From a virus: a stretch of 64,000 nt of DNA. The stretch lies in IMG/VR virus record IMGVR_UViG_3300045988_162215, one strand, 5' to 3'. The notes beneath the pieces are model-generated. The model was not told the origin of the DNA. It saw only the letters and a program-made list of their open reading frames with translations, and did not search any database. This document shows positions 22,854-33,616 of this stretch, piece after piece. The position numbers and the translations under genes are program-made. Position 1 is the stretch's first letter. Each line of letters opens with the position of its first letter.

Positions 22854-24311
22854 ATGGTTTATGATAAATACTTAGAACAATTATTTCAAAAAAGTCGTGG
22901 GAAAAATTATTTTTACATACATAGAGATAAACAAAAAGCTTTAATTGCTGCTCAGCCTTTTATAAATACATATAATCAAAATAGAAATGATATTTATAAT
23001 CGAATGAGAGATAGATATCAAAAAAATTTTTTGAATAGTATAAACAGTGCTACCAATGCATATGGAATAGACCTATTGTCTGATGCTAGTGAATTAACTG
23101 AATCTGAAATTGTAAAATTTATTTCTGATAGTTTAAAAGATTTTTTAAATCAATCTGCAAATAATGCAACTAATAAAGAATATATAGAAAATGTTCAACA
23201 AGCTTATAAAACATTAGATCAAATTTTAGAAAATAAAAAGGATATTCAAAATATTGATGATTTATTAGAATTGATTAAAAGATCAACTGATCTTTTAGAA
23301 GTAGGTGGAAAAGAGTTAGCTATTTTAAATAAGCTTACAGATTATAAAAAAATTGGAAATTTAAGAAATTATTTAAACAAGATAGTTAAGTCATGGGAGA
23401 ATAAAACAGTAACTATTGATAATGCTAATTTAGCTTCTATTATAAAAAGTTTAAATAATTTAGTAAATGGGTTATCTTCTAAAACCTTAAAAAAAGATTC
23501 ATTTAAAGGCTACATTAAAAATATCTTTTCTGCTCAATTAGGTGAGTACGCAACGTCAAGAGGTGTTTTGAATTTAATGAATGAAACTTTGACTAATATT
23601 AAGTCTACAATGGTAGGAAGTCAAAGTGTAAAAATGGAATCTGATGATTTAAAACGATTCAAATCTCAATATGGAGCTGGAAAAACAACTTATAAAACAG
23701 ATAATAAATTTAATCATTTTACTATTACTTTATCAGAAAAAGATAAAGGGCCGGATTATGAACTTGATATAAATTTAGGTATTTCAACTAAATGGTATAA
23801 AAGTGCTATTGATAGTAATGATATTCAAGTAACAATAGCTAATGAAAAAAGCTTCGTTCGTAGATTGCAACAAGCTTTTCATTATGGTCAGTTAGCTTCT
23901 GTCTATAATATATTAGCTCATGCAAACGAGTTAAAAAATGAATATATTAAAATAAAAGATTATCTTGTAGCAAGAAATTTAGATGTTCTAATTAGTGGTT
24001 TTGGACAAGGCACAGCAGATTTTTCACAATTTATTGTAGTAAATGGAGAGTTTTATTCTATTTGGGATATTATTTCTATATTGCAAAACACCAATATTGT
24101 AGGTGGTAGTTCAGAATATTCTGAAAGTGGAATTATCTCAGTATCTCCATCAGGACTAAGCGGTGTTTTAGATGAAACTAAAAATTCATATGGACATAGT
24201 CCAAATTTAATAAAAGCCTTTGTTAGAGCTAAAAATCAAAACGATAAAATAAAAAATCTTGAGTTTCATGTTAGTTTACATCTAAATAAATTAAAAAATG
24301 CTTTAACTTGA
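22854..24311 (+). CDS. hypothetical tail-associated protein (485 aa, N/K-rich)
   Basis: SD aaaaggaag + ATG. Confidence 0.4.
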   Translation: MVYDKYLEQLFQKSRGKNYFYIHRDKQKALIAAQPFINTYNQNRNDIYNRMRDRYQKNFLNSINSATNAYGIDLLSDASELTESEIVKFISDSLKDFLNQSANNATNKEYIENVQQAYKTLDQILENKKDIQNIDDLLELIKRSTDLLEVGGKELAILNKLTDYKKIGNLRNYLNKIVKSWENKTVTIDNANLASIIKSLNNLVNGLSSKTLKKDSFKGYIKNIFSAQLGEYATSRGVLNLMNETLTNIKSTMVGSQSVKMESDDLKRFKSQYGAGKTTYKTDNKFNHFTITLSEKDKGPDYELDINLGISTKWYKSAIDSNDIQVTIANEKSFVRRLQQAFHYGQLASVYNILAHANELKNEYIKIKDYLVARNLDVLISGFGQGTADFSQFIVVNGEFYSIWDIISILQNTNIVGGSSEYSESGIISVSPSGLSGVLDETKNSYGHSPNLIKAFVRAKNQNDKIKNLEFHVSLHLNKLKNALT

Positions 24312-24336
24312 CAAGACAAAATTTTTTTGCTATAAT
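24308..24336 (+). promoter_or_regulatory. sigma70 consensus promoter upstream of the chaperone and TMP genes
   Basis: TTGACAagacaaaatttttttgcTATAAT. Confidence 0.65.
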
Positions 24337-24370
24337 TATTATAGAAAGAAAAACAAAAGGAGAAAAAGGA

Positions 24371-24907
24371 ATGGCAAAAGTTAGTTTCTCTTCTTTAAAA
24401 TTAAAGGTTAAAGAAGATATAGAAGAAATTTATATTGGAGATAAAAAAGTAGAAGTAAAAACATATATTTCTACAGAAGAATTAAATGATATGATTCAGG
24501 CGGTTGTGGAGCAGGCTACTACATCAACTATTTATAATGATTTCCTTGGAAATTGTATATTAGCAGATTATATTGTTATCACACACACAAATCTTTCTTT
24601 TACAGATGCCCAGAAATCAGATTTGCTTAAATTATATGATATTCTTAAAACAAATAATGTTATTGATATAGTATTTGATGCTATTGGTTCAGAAGAAATG
24701 GATCGAATTCTTAAAGCTTATGAATTTGTTGTAACAGAATATAAGAAATATACATATTCTGTTAAAGGACTCACAGACCAGATTTTGCAGTTCGCACCGA
24801 AGTCCGCAAATGATATTGCAGAACAATTAAAAGATTTTGACGTTGATAAATATTCACAGATAATGGAGATGGCTAAAGGAACTGGTATTCAGTTTGAACG
24901 GTCATAA
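24371..24907 (+). CDS. tail assembly chaperone-like protein (by position)
   Basis: ATG at 24371 with SD aaaggagaaaaagga; consensus promoter 24308..24336; lies immediately upstream of the TMP. Confidence 0.4.
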   Translation: MAKVSFSSLKLKVKEDIEEIYIGDKKVEVKTYISTEELNDMIQAVVEQATTSTIYNDFLGNCILADYIVITHTNLSFTDAQKSDLLKLYDILKTNNVIDIVFDAIGSEEMDRILKAYEFVVTEYKKYTYSVKGLTDQILQFAPKSANDIAEQLKDFDVDKYSQIMEMAKGTGIQFERS

Positions 24908-24919
24908 TAAGTTAATTTT

Positions 24920-24964
24920 AAAGACCTTACTATTATAATTTAATAGTAAGGTCTTATTTTTTTG
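24920..24964 (+). terminator. intrinsic terminator between the chaperone and TMP genes
   Basis: aagaccttactattataatttaatagtaaggtcttattttttt (15-bp stem). Confidence 0.65.
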
Positions 24965-24992
24965 CAATTAAATAAGAAAAGGAGGAAACGGA

Positions 24993-27900
24993 ATGGCTAA
25001 CACAATAGATTTTAAACTGCGGACAATAGCAGATTTAAAAGGTGTTAATGAATTAAAACGACAATTACAAGATATAAATAGAGAACTTCAAGGAACTTTT
25101 CCTATTGAGGTCGACTATGATGTAGAAAGTGCATTACAGTCTACAAGAGCATTACAACAAGCTTTAGAACAGGCATATGACCCAAAGTTTAATACTTTAA
25201 GTTTTGAAAAATTTAATAAATCATTAAATTCAAACCATACAAATTTACAAAAAGTTATTTTAGATTTAGGAAGTATGGGATCTCAAGGCCAAGCTGCAAT
25301 TGGACGTCTAGCAGCTTCTTTTGGTCAAATGGGAATTACAATTAAAAAAACAAATAAAGTTTTAAATGAGATGGCTCAAACAATGAAGAATACTGTAACA
25401 TGGGGTATTTCTTCAGGTATTTGGAATCAAATGCTTAATAGCACTCAGCAGGCTTATGGCTATATTAAAAATCTTGATACTGCTTTAAATGATATTAGAA
25501 TTGTAACTGGGCAATCAGCTGATCAAATGAGAGATTTCTCAAAAGATGCGAATGAAGCTGCAAAAGCACTTGCTGTTTCAACAAAAGATTACACTGAAGG
25601 AGCTTTAATTTACTATCAACAGGGTCTTGATGATGATACGGTTAAAGCTTTAACCGATATTACTGCAAAGACAGCTAATGTAACAGGTCAATCTATGGCG
25701 GAAGTGTCTGAGCAACTCACAGCGGTATGGAATGGTTATAATGTAGCAAACGAAGCCGCAGAAAAGGGCTTTGGTATATACGAAGAATATGTAGATAAGT
25801 TAGCAGCAGTAGGTGCGGCAACTGCATCAGATCTGGAAGAGCTGGCTACAGCTATGTCTAAAGTAGCGTCATCCGCATCCATGATGGGTGTTAATATTGA
25901 TCAGTTATCTGCTCAAGTTGCTACTATTGTTTCTGTAACAAAACAAGCACCAGAATCTGTTGGTACTGCTCTTAAAACAATTTATGCTCGTATGGGCGAC
26001 TTACAGGTTGATGGTGTTGATGAATTTGGCACTACTCTTGGTGAAGTATCTGGTACTCTTGAGTCTGTTGGTATTAGAGTTCTGGATGAAGCAGGTAACT
26101 TAAGAGAAATGGGTACTGTAATGGAAGAGGTTGCTGAGAAATGGCAAGGATGGACGGAAGCTCAGCGTCAAGCTATTGCAGTAGCTATGGCAGGTAAGAG
26201 ACAGTATAATAATTTAACTGCATTATTTAATAACTGGAGTATGTATGAAAACACTTTAGCTGTATCTAAGAATGCTGCTGGTACATTACAAGAACAGCAA
26301 GATACTGCTATGGAATCTTTAAATAAAAAGCTTGAAGTATTAAGAGCATCATCTGAAGAAATTTATCAAGATTTATTTGATGCTGATTCTATTGGTAATC
26401 TAGTAGAAATTTTTACTAAACTAGTACAAGCAATAGATAAAGTAGTTAAATCTTTTAATGGGTTAAAAGGCATTTTACCTTTAATTGGTTCGCTTGGTTT
26501 TAAAGTTTTTAATACTCAAATTGCTCAAGGATTAACTAATATGAGAAATCGTATTGTTGAATCAAAACAGTCTATTTCTGATATGGAAAATCAATTAAAA
26601 GCATTAGAGCAGATTAGCAATAATGCTAAGAGCATAAAAGATAATGGTGGAGATGCAGCTTCTTCAGCTATTGTTGAAAATGCAACCGAAGAAATAAAAA
26701 ATAATTATGCCGAAATTTATCAATATCAAAAGATGATGTCTTCTGAAGAAATAGAGCTTTTTAATTCTATTCAAAAAGAACGAGGCGCTTTGGTTGATGT
26801 AGAATTGCAGAGACAAGAAAGCTTAAATACAGTAGATAAGATAAAAAATAAATATGATGGTATATTTAATACAATATTAGATAGCACAGGTAAAAATGCA
26901 GAAGGATCTCTTGGATTAATTAGAGCAGAAGATCTTTCTAATATAGCTAATTATCAAAAAGAATTAGAACTTTTAAAAGAAGGATTAGAAATTGATATTA
27001 AAGACAAATTTGTTATTGATGATTCTTTTATTGATAGGCAATCTAGAAATTTAGCTCAAAAATTTAAAAATTCTTTTTCAAATAGTATTGATGATGGAGA
27101 GATAAATAATATAATTCAAAGAGCTATAAATACAGGAGATTTTGAAGAATTAAGTTATGTGATGGTAGGGCCTATTGATAACTTAAAGAAAAAAATTGAA
27201 GAATTAAGAAATAGTAATGGTAGTAGTTTTGATGATATATTTGGTAATATTGCTAAGAATGGACAAGAAGGATCTATAGCATTAGAATTAATAAAGAAAA
27301 AGCTTGCAGATACTGCAAATACAGGTAAAACAGTTGATCAAATTTTTGAAGAAGTTATTCAAGATTTAAGAGAAATGAAAACTAATGGTGACCAAGTAAA
27401 TGGAGCAACAAATCAAATTAATGGTTCTGTTAGTAGGCTTAGTCAAGCAATGAAGAAGTTAAAAAATGATAATGCTTTTAAGCAACTAGCTTCTGATGCA
27501 GCAAAATTAGCTCAAGGATTGTCAAGTGGAGCTTCTGGTATTATGATGCTTGCTAGTATTCCAAAGACTCTTGATAATGATAATTTATCTACAATGGAAA
27601 AAACTCTTCAAATAGTTATTTCTTTATCATCTGCTTTACCAATGCTTGTAACAGGACTTAAAAATGTTATTACTGGATTTAGTGCTTTGCCAGCATTATT
27701 ATCTAAAATAGGAAGTGCACTTGGTGCATTATTAGCTAGTCCTACTGGGGCAATAATAGCGGCAATTACTGTTGCAGTGGTTGCTCTTGGTGCAGCTATT
27801 TATACAACCATAAAGAAAACTCAATCTGCAGAAGAAGAATTAAAAGCATTAAAAGATGCTGCTAACGATGCAACTGAAAAAGCTGATAAATTAAAAAATG

Positions 27901-30900
27901 CTTTTATTGAATTAAATGATTCATTAACAGAATGGCAAGATAAAGTTGATTCATTAAAAGATTTAAGCAAATCAACAGAAGAATATACTAGAACAGTCCA
28001 AGAAGCAAATGAACAATTATTAAATTTAGTAGATACAAATGAAGAATTAGCTCAATATGTAACAAGAAATTCTGAAGGCTTGCTTGTATTAAAAGAAGGC
28101 TATGAAGATGTTCTTAATAAAATGAGTGAGTCTGCAAGTATGACAAATGCAACAGCTCAAAACTTAAAAATGCAAGCTAATCAAGCTACGCTTGATAAAC
28201 AAAAAGAAGATCTTATAGGTAATATAGAATTAAGTTATTTTAATAATGCTTATAATACAGAAGATCAAGTTAGTACACCAGATTATGAAGCAGCAGTAAA
28301 TACTCTTATTAGTAGTTATGAAAAAAATGGAAATTTAATTGGTAAAGATATTGATGAATTATCACGAGGAAATAAATCTTTAAAAGAAGCTTTAACAGAG
28401 AATAAACAAGAAATTATTGATTTAGCTAAAAGTATTGATGAAAATACAAAAGTTAATAAACTTTTATTAGATGAAGATGTTCGTTCTTTACTTGAACAAG
28501 ATAAAACATATGCTGATGCAAATGAGCAAGAAAAAACTATGATGGCTCAATCTGCAAAAAACATAGATATCTTTTCTAGTGATTATAGTGGATTTAAAGA
28601 AGAAGCAACTTTTGGTTATTATAAAGGTGGCGTTGGTGGTTATAGAGATAACAAAACGCATGATGCTTATAAAGAAGCTTTAGCAGCTCAGTGGGGTATT
28701 GATGCAAGTCAAATAGATGTAAAAGATAAAGTAGGTAAAGCGATTTATACAAATACCTTAACAGGAGAAACTGAAACAAAAACAGATAAGGAAGCAGCCG
28801 CTTTAGCAGTTGCATTTAATCAAGAGCTCCAGAAACAAGAAGCGTTAGAATCTGATAAGGACTTTGCAGTAAGTAAACAAGCAATTCTTGATTTTAGTGC
28901 AGAAGCTCAGAAACAGCTTGGTGGAGAAGAATCTTCGGCTTATAGTGCTTTTATGGAAATTGCATCAAAATCAATGGAAACACAAGGAAGAGGCTTTGAT
29001 GCATCCGATATTGATTTGTCAATGATTGACTATAGCGGATTCCAAAAAATAAATGAATTATTAGATAATGGCGAATTAGTTAGCTATTTAGATAAAATGG
29101 GCTTGTCCATTGAAGATTTTAATAATGCTCTAGCTGGTCTTACTATGGAGGCTCTTGAGCAACAAACAAAGTTAAGCTTTAAAGCAACATCTGATAAAAC
29201 TACTTCATTAAAAGATAATATTATATCTGGTGATGTTACATCTGAAAACATTAAAGAAAATGAAGATTATCAAGCTATAGCTGCTCAAATGGATAATATT
29301 ATAGCTCTTTATCCTGAAATGACAAGACAAGCAGAAATCTTTAATAATGAGAATCTTGTTGGAACCCAAGAGTATTTAGATGCATTAACTCAACTTCAGG
29401 ATAAAATGAATGAAGGTGTTCTTGAAGCATTACGTCAAGAAGCTAAAAAAGCAGGCGATGATTTTGAAAAGCTAGTTGCAGATAAAGATTTTGAAGTTAA
29501 AATGGGAGCAAACCCAGAAGAATTTGAATCTGCAATGGATAAAATTTTAGATGCTGATTATTCTGTTAATGTGGAAATTCATGCTCAAGCAGAAGAAGCT
29601 TTTGAAGATTTAGAGCAAGGTATTGAAGATATTCAAAATGCAACTGGCATGATTGGAGAAGGTTTTGTCGTAGCAGCTGATGATATAAGAGAGTTAAATA
29701 ATGCTTTTCCAGGTATTCTTCAAAATTGTGAATATTTACAAGATGGAACAATTAAGTTAAGCCAAGAATCTGTAAATGCTGCACAAGAAGCTGTTGCAAC
29801 CGAAGTTGCTACAGATACAGAAGGTACTATTGCAAAATTAAAAAATCAAGCAACTGAATTAAGGGGTAAACAAGCAACTTACCAAGGTATGGCAGATGCC
29901 GCAAGAAAGTTAGCTACAATGGAGATGGCTTCTGATGAGCAAAAAGCTCAATATAAAAAAGTTATCGAAAATGGAATAGCTGAAATTAGCGCACAATCAG
30001 ATACTAGCCAAACAGATGGGGCTAAAGCTGTTGCAGATAATTCTATTGACAACTCTAGAGCTGTAGCTATGAACTGGGGAAGTGCCTATTCAGATGCAGC
30101 TAATGCAGCAGTTCAATTTGCTCAAACTGCAATAGATGCTCAAGTTGCAGCAACAACTCCTGGTAGCAAAGGAGTAACAAACAAAGTTAAAGTAAATTAC
30201 TCTGGAGGCCAAAGTGGTGTTTCTACCTCTATCCAAGCAAACAAATTAAATGCAGATTTTGCAAGTGCTTCTACTGCGCAACAATATAATGCTTTAGCAG
30301 AGCAATATCAAGAAGCTGCTGATTCTTTAGGTGCGCAAGCTAATGATATTGAAGGTATGATAGTTGCTGCAGGAGCTTTGGGTGCAACAGGTATTAATAG
30401 TGCAAAAGATGCTGGGAAAAGTAAATCTAGCGGCAGTGGCGGTGGAGGTAGCTCTAAAGACCAAAAAGAGTTTACTGATGATACTGTAGATAGATATTGG
30501 TCTGTAAACAAAGCACTTGATGCTATCAATGATGAACTTGATAAACTTGAAGATAAGCAAAGCACAATGTCCGGAAAACAACTTATTGAAAGTTTACAAG
30601 AAGAAAATAAATTATTAGACCAGCAGATTGAAAAACAAAAGGAAAAACAGAAGCTTCAAATTCAAGAAGCAGAACAGATACAAGGTAGACTTAAATCTTT
30701 TGGGGTTACGTTTAAAGATACTGGTGAAATTACTAACTATGAAGCAGCATATCAAGCTCAAATAAATGCTTATAATGCAGCTGTTAGTGCATATAATTCA
30801 GGTGCTTTAGATGAAGCTGGTATGAGTATAGCAGAACAAAAGTACGAAGATTTTAAAGCTCAAATTGAAAGATATGATACTTTATTATATGATGAAATGA

Positions 30901-33608
30901 AAGATGTCGCTGACGCGATTTCAGAAGAAGAAAAAAAACAAAGAGAAAATACTTTAGCTATATTTGAAGAAGATTATAAAATTAAACTTGATTTTTCTGA
31001 AGCTGAAAGAGATATGCAAGATTTTTTAGCGGAAATGGAAGAAGATTTCACTAAGGTATATGAAGATCTTGGTAAAAAGAGCAAAAACATAGTAGCTTCA
31101 TTTAGCACATATCAAGGTGATAATGGTACAATTGCCGCGGATCTGGCTGCTATAGGAGTAGTTGAGAGAGAAATTATGAATCTACATACTATAGGTTATT
31201 CTGGTATGTTTGAAACAATTTCTCAGGCTCAAGACAGACTTAAAGAACTTCAAAGCGATTTGATGGATCATGCTAAAGACATGAAAGATTTGTTCCAAGA
31301 TGCTTGGGATGCTTATATGGATGGCATTGATCAAGCCGCAGATAAGTTTGAAAACTTAATGGATGAATTTGATAGAATAAATAATAATCTTGAATATCAA
31401 GCTGAACTTATAGAGTTAATCTATGGAGAAGAAGCATATGATATGATGGATAAATTATATTCTGCTCAAATTAGTAATAGTGGCGTACAGATTGAGTCTT
31501 TAAGGCAACAGAAGGCGTTCTGGGCAGAACAAGCGGAAGCCGCGAAACAATCTTATGGAGAAGAAAGTGAAGCTTATCAAGAAGCATATGAAAAGATGCG
31601 TGATTGCGAACAAGACTTAAATGACGCAGTACTTGATAGAATAAATCTTATTAAAGACCAATATCAAAATGCTGTTTCTTCTACTATTGATGCTCTTGAG
31701 AAACAAATGACCGGTGGATCCGCACTTGACTATATGCAAGATCAATGGGACAGATTAAAAGAATCCGCAGACTTGTATATGGATGCAACAGAAAAAGCTT
31801 ATAATACAGAAACTTTCAAAGCTAATGTAGATCAAGCTATTACAGATACTAAGAGTGTAAAAACTAAACAGAAATTATTAGAGTTCCAAGAAAAGGAGCT
31901 TAAAGCTTTAAGAGAAAAGAAACAATTAACTCAATACGATATTGATGCAGCAAATGCTAGATTTGATATTCTTCAAAAAGAAATTGCTTTAGAAGATGCT
32001 CAAAATAGTAAGAATACAATGAAAGTTACTAGAAATCAAGAAGGTAACTGGACTTATCAATATGTTGCAGATGAAGACGACGTTGCTAGTAAACGTCAAG
32101 CTTTATTAGATTCTTATAAAGAACTTTATGAGTTATCTAAGACAGCATACCAATCTAATATTGAAAACTTATTAAAATTAGATCAAGAATATTTATCTAA
32201 GAAGAAAGAGTATCTTGAAAAATATGGCGCGGACAGCCAAGAGATGGCGGATCTAGATAAGTGGTATCAAGAGGTATCGATAGGATATGCCAATGAGGCG
32301 GCGACCGCGAAGTCTGGATTGCAAGAAGCTCAATTAGGTTTGACTCTTGAGATTTACAAACAAGATGAAGAAGCTTATGCGTCTATGACATCAGAGCAAC
32401 AGAGATTAGTTAAAGAAGCTACAGATAATAATATTAGTGATTTTAATAGTGTATATGATGCTGTTAGAGATAATATGAATGGTATTGTAGATAGTATTGA
32501 ATCTTCTCTTGTTGAAGGAAGAGGTATCTGGGATATAGCTGCAGATCAAATGATTGATAAATGGGCTGGCGATAATGGTTCTAGTGTGAAAGCTATGGTT
32601 ACAGATGCAAATGATAAGTTAATTGAAGCAACTCAAAAATATGAAGAGCAAGTTTCAGATACAGCTGATAAAGCTGGACAAGATTTTGGACCAGATGGTA
32701 TATCAGGTGCTATTAGAGGGGCAGAAGATGAGACAGATAATTTGAAGAATAAGACTGCTGAACTTGCTTCAGATAGTAGTTCTCAATTAGAGAATTTAAG
32801 AAATAGTGTTGATCAAGTTAAAACTGCTTGGGAAGGCGTTGTTCAATCTATTCAAGATGCTATTAACAATATTCAACAATATTTATCTCTAATGCAGGCT
32901 GCAGCAACCGCGAGTCAAACTACTTTTAATGGTTCAACAAATTATGGGAATTATAACGCTACTAATAGCGATTCTGGTAGAAATAATGGTGGTGGTTCAC
33001 CTAGTGGAACTGGACCTATCGGAAAACGTTATAAATTAATATCTGTATCAGTGGCTCCAAATGGTACTCCTAGAATGGGAATTCCTCAACTTGGCGTATC
33101 AATGGAAATTCCTTCTAATTTAAGAAAAAAGAATATAGCTGGTAAAGATAGAGATCTTTTTATTGAAGCTTTCATTAAAAAATATCCTAAATACCAGGGT
33201 CAAGTTTATAAGACTGGTGGTTACACAGGAAACTGGCCTATATCTCAAGGAGATGGTCTGGATAGTGATAATGGTAGACTTGGTATTTTACATCAAAAAG
33301 AACTTGTATTAAATGCTTCTGATACAGAAAATATTTTAGATGCAGTAAAAATTGTTAGAAATATGCCAAATATTATTTCTTCAATTCAAAATGCTATTTC
33401 TGATGTAGTTGGAGAAAGACTTTCTAATATGACTAATGAAATTAGTCAAGGAAAAGCTATTTCAACAACAACAGGTAGCAACAAAGAAGAAAATAATGTT
33501 TATAACATTGTTGCAGAGTTCCCTAATGCTAACAATGCAGCAGAAATTGAACAGGCTTTACTCAATCTTAAAAATATTGCAGCACAAAAGAACGGAATTA
33601 GAAAATAA
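24993..33608 (+). CDS. tail tape measure protein (TMP; 2871 aa)
   Basis: Giant coiled-coil-rich ORF; N-terminal TMP-family region (...QAIAVAMAGKRQYNNLTALFNNW...); C-terminal Gly-rich and hydrophobic segments; SD aaaaggagg. Confidence 0.85.
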   Translation: MANTIDFKLRTIADLKGVNELKRQLQDINRELQGTFPIEVDYDVESALQSTRALQQALEQAYDPKFNTLSFEKFNKSLNSNHTNLQKVILDLGSMGSQGQAAIGRLAASFGQMGITIKKTNKVLNEMAQTMKNTVTWGISSGIWNQMLNSTQQAYGYIKNLDTALNDIRIVTGQSADQMRDFSKDANEAAKALAVSTKDYTEGALIYYQQGLDDDTVKALTDITAKTANVTGQSMAEVSEQLTAVWNGYNVANEAAEKGFGIYEEYVDKLAAVGAATASDLEELATAMSKVASSASMMGVNIDQLSAQVATIVSVTKQAPESVGTALKTIYARMGDLQVDGVDEFGTTLGEVSGTLESVGIRVLDEAGNLREMGTVMEEVAEKWQGWTEAQRQAIAVAMAGKRQYNNLTALFNNWSMYENTLAVSKNAAGTLQEQQDTAMESLNKKLEVLRASSEEIYQDLFDADSIGNLVEIFTKLVQAIDKVVKSFNGLKGILPLIGSLGFKVFNTQIAQGLTNMRNRIVESKQSISDMENQLKALEQISNNAKSIKDNGGDAASSAIVENATEEIKNNYAEIYQYQKMMSSEEIELFNSIQKERGALVDVELQRQESLNTVDKIKNKYDGIFNTILDSTGKNAEGSLGLIRAEDLSNIANYQKELELLKEGLEIDIKDKFVIDDSFIDRQSRNLAQKFKNSFSNSIDDGEINNIIQRAINTGDFEELSYVMVGPIDNLKKKIEELRNSNGSSFDDIFGNIAKNGQEGSIALELIKKKLADTANTGKTVDQIFEEVIQDLREMKTNGDQVNGATNQINGSVSRLSQAMKKLKNDNAFKQLASDAAKLAQGLSSGASGIMMLASIPKTLDNDNLSTMEKTLQIVISLSSALPMLVTGLKNVITGFSALPALLSKIGSALGALLASPTGAIIAAITVAVVALGAAIYTTIKKTQSAEEELKALKDAANDATEKADKLKNAFIELNDSLTEWQDKVDSLKDLSKSTEEYTRTVQEANEQLLNLVDTNEELAQYVTRNSEGLLVLKEGYEDVLNKMSESASMTNATAQNLKMQANQATLDKQKEDLIGNIELSYFNNAYNTEDQVSTPDYEAAVNTLISSYEKNGNLIGKDIDELSRGNKSLKEALTENKQEIIDLAKSIDENTKVNKLLLDEDVRSLLEQDKTYADANEQEKTMMAQSAKNIDIFSSDYSGFKEEATFGYYKGGVGGYRDNKTHDAYKEALAAQWGIDASQIDVKDKVGKAIYTNTLTGETETKTDKEAAALAVAFNQELQKQEALESDKDFAVSKQAILDFSAEAQKQLGGEESSAYSAFMEIASKSMETQGRGFDASDIDLSMIDYSGFQKINELLDNGELVSYLDKMGLSIEDFNNALAGLTMEALEQQTKLSFKATSDKTTSLKDNIISGDVTSENIKENEDYQAIAAQMDNIIALYPEMTRQAEIFNNENLVGTQEYLDALTQLQDKMNEGVLEALRQEAKKAGDDFEKLVADKDFEVKMGANPEEFESAMDKILDADYSVNVEIHAQAEEAFEDLEQGIEDIQNATGMIGEGFVVAADDIRELNNAFPGILQNCEYLQDGTIKLSQESVNAAQEAVATEVATDTEGTIAKLKNQATELRGKQATYQGMADAARKLATMEMASDEQKAQYKKVIENGIAEISAQSDTSQTDGAKAVADNSIDNSRAVAMNWGSAYSDAANAAVQFAQTAIDAQVAATTPGSKGVTNKVKVNYSGGQSGVSTSIQANKLNADFASASTAQQYNALAEQYQEAADSLGAQANDIEGMIVAAGALGATGINSAKDAGKSKSSGSGGGGSSKDQKEFTDDTVDRYWSVNKALDAINDELDKLEDKQSTMSGKQLIESLQEENKLLDQQIEKQKEKQKLQIQEAEQIQGRLKSFGVTFKDTGEITNYEAAYQAQINAYNAAVSAYNSGALDEAGMSIAEQKYEDFKAQIERYDTLLYDEMKDVADAISEEEKKQRENTLAIFEEDYKIKLDFSEAERDMQDFLAEMEEDFTKVYEDLGKKSKNIVASFSTYQGDNGTIAADLAAIGVVEREIMNLHTIGYSGMFETISQAQDRLKELQSDLMDHAKDMKDLFQDAWDAYMDGIDQAADKFENLMDEFDRINNNLEYQAELIELIYGEEAYDMMDKLYSAQISNSGVQIESLRQQKAFWAEQAEAAKQSYGEESEAYQEAYEKMRDCEQDLNDAVLDRINLIKDQYQNAVSSTIDALEKQMTGGSALDYMQDQWDRLKESADLYMDATEKAYNTETFKANVDQAITDTKSVKTKQKLLEFQEKELKALREKKQLTQYDIDAANARFDILQKEIALEDAQNSKNTMKVTRNQEGNWTYQYVADEDDVASKRQALLDSYKELYELSKTAYQSNIENLLKLDQEYLSKKKEYLEKYGADSQEMADLDKWYQEVSIGYANEAATAKSGLQEAQLGLTLEIYKQDEEAYASMTSEQQRLVKEATDNNISDFNSVYDAVRDNMNGIVDSIESSLVEGRGIWDIAADQMIDKWAGDNGSSVKAMVTDANDKLIEATQKYEEQVSDTADKAGQDFGPDGISGAIRGAEDETDNLKNKTAELASDSSSQLENLRNSVDQVKTAWEGVVQSIQDAINNIQQYLSLMQAAATASQTTFNGSTNYGNYNATNSDSGRNNGGGSPSGTGPIGKRYKLISVSVAPNGTPRMGIPQLGVSMEIPSNLRKKNIAGKDRDLFIEAFIKKYPKYQGQVYKTGGYTGNWPISQGDGLDSDNGRLGILHQKELVLNASDTENILDAVKIVRNMPNIISSIQNAISDVVGERLSNMTNEISQGKAISTTTGSNKEENNVYNIVAEFPNANNAAEIEQALLNLKNIAAQKNGIRK

Positions 33609-33616
33609 CAGAAATT

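Noticed and set aside
28594-30581. Antisense ORFs inside the TMP gene (28594..28815, 29566..29751, 30308..30565, 30327..30581) and inside the giant tail gene (36480.., 37239.., 37837.., 39998..)
   Set aside because: They are embedded in well-supported giant coding genes on the opposite strand or in another frame. They have no RBS and low-complexity translations.
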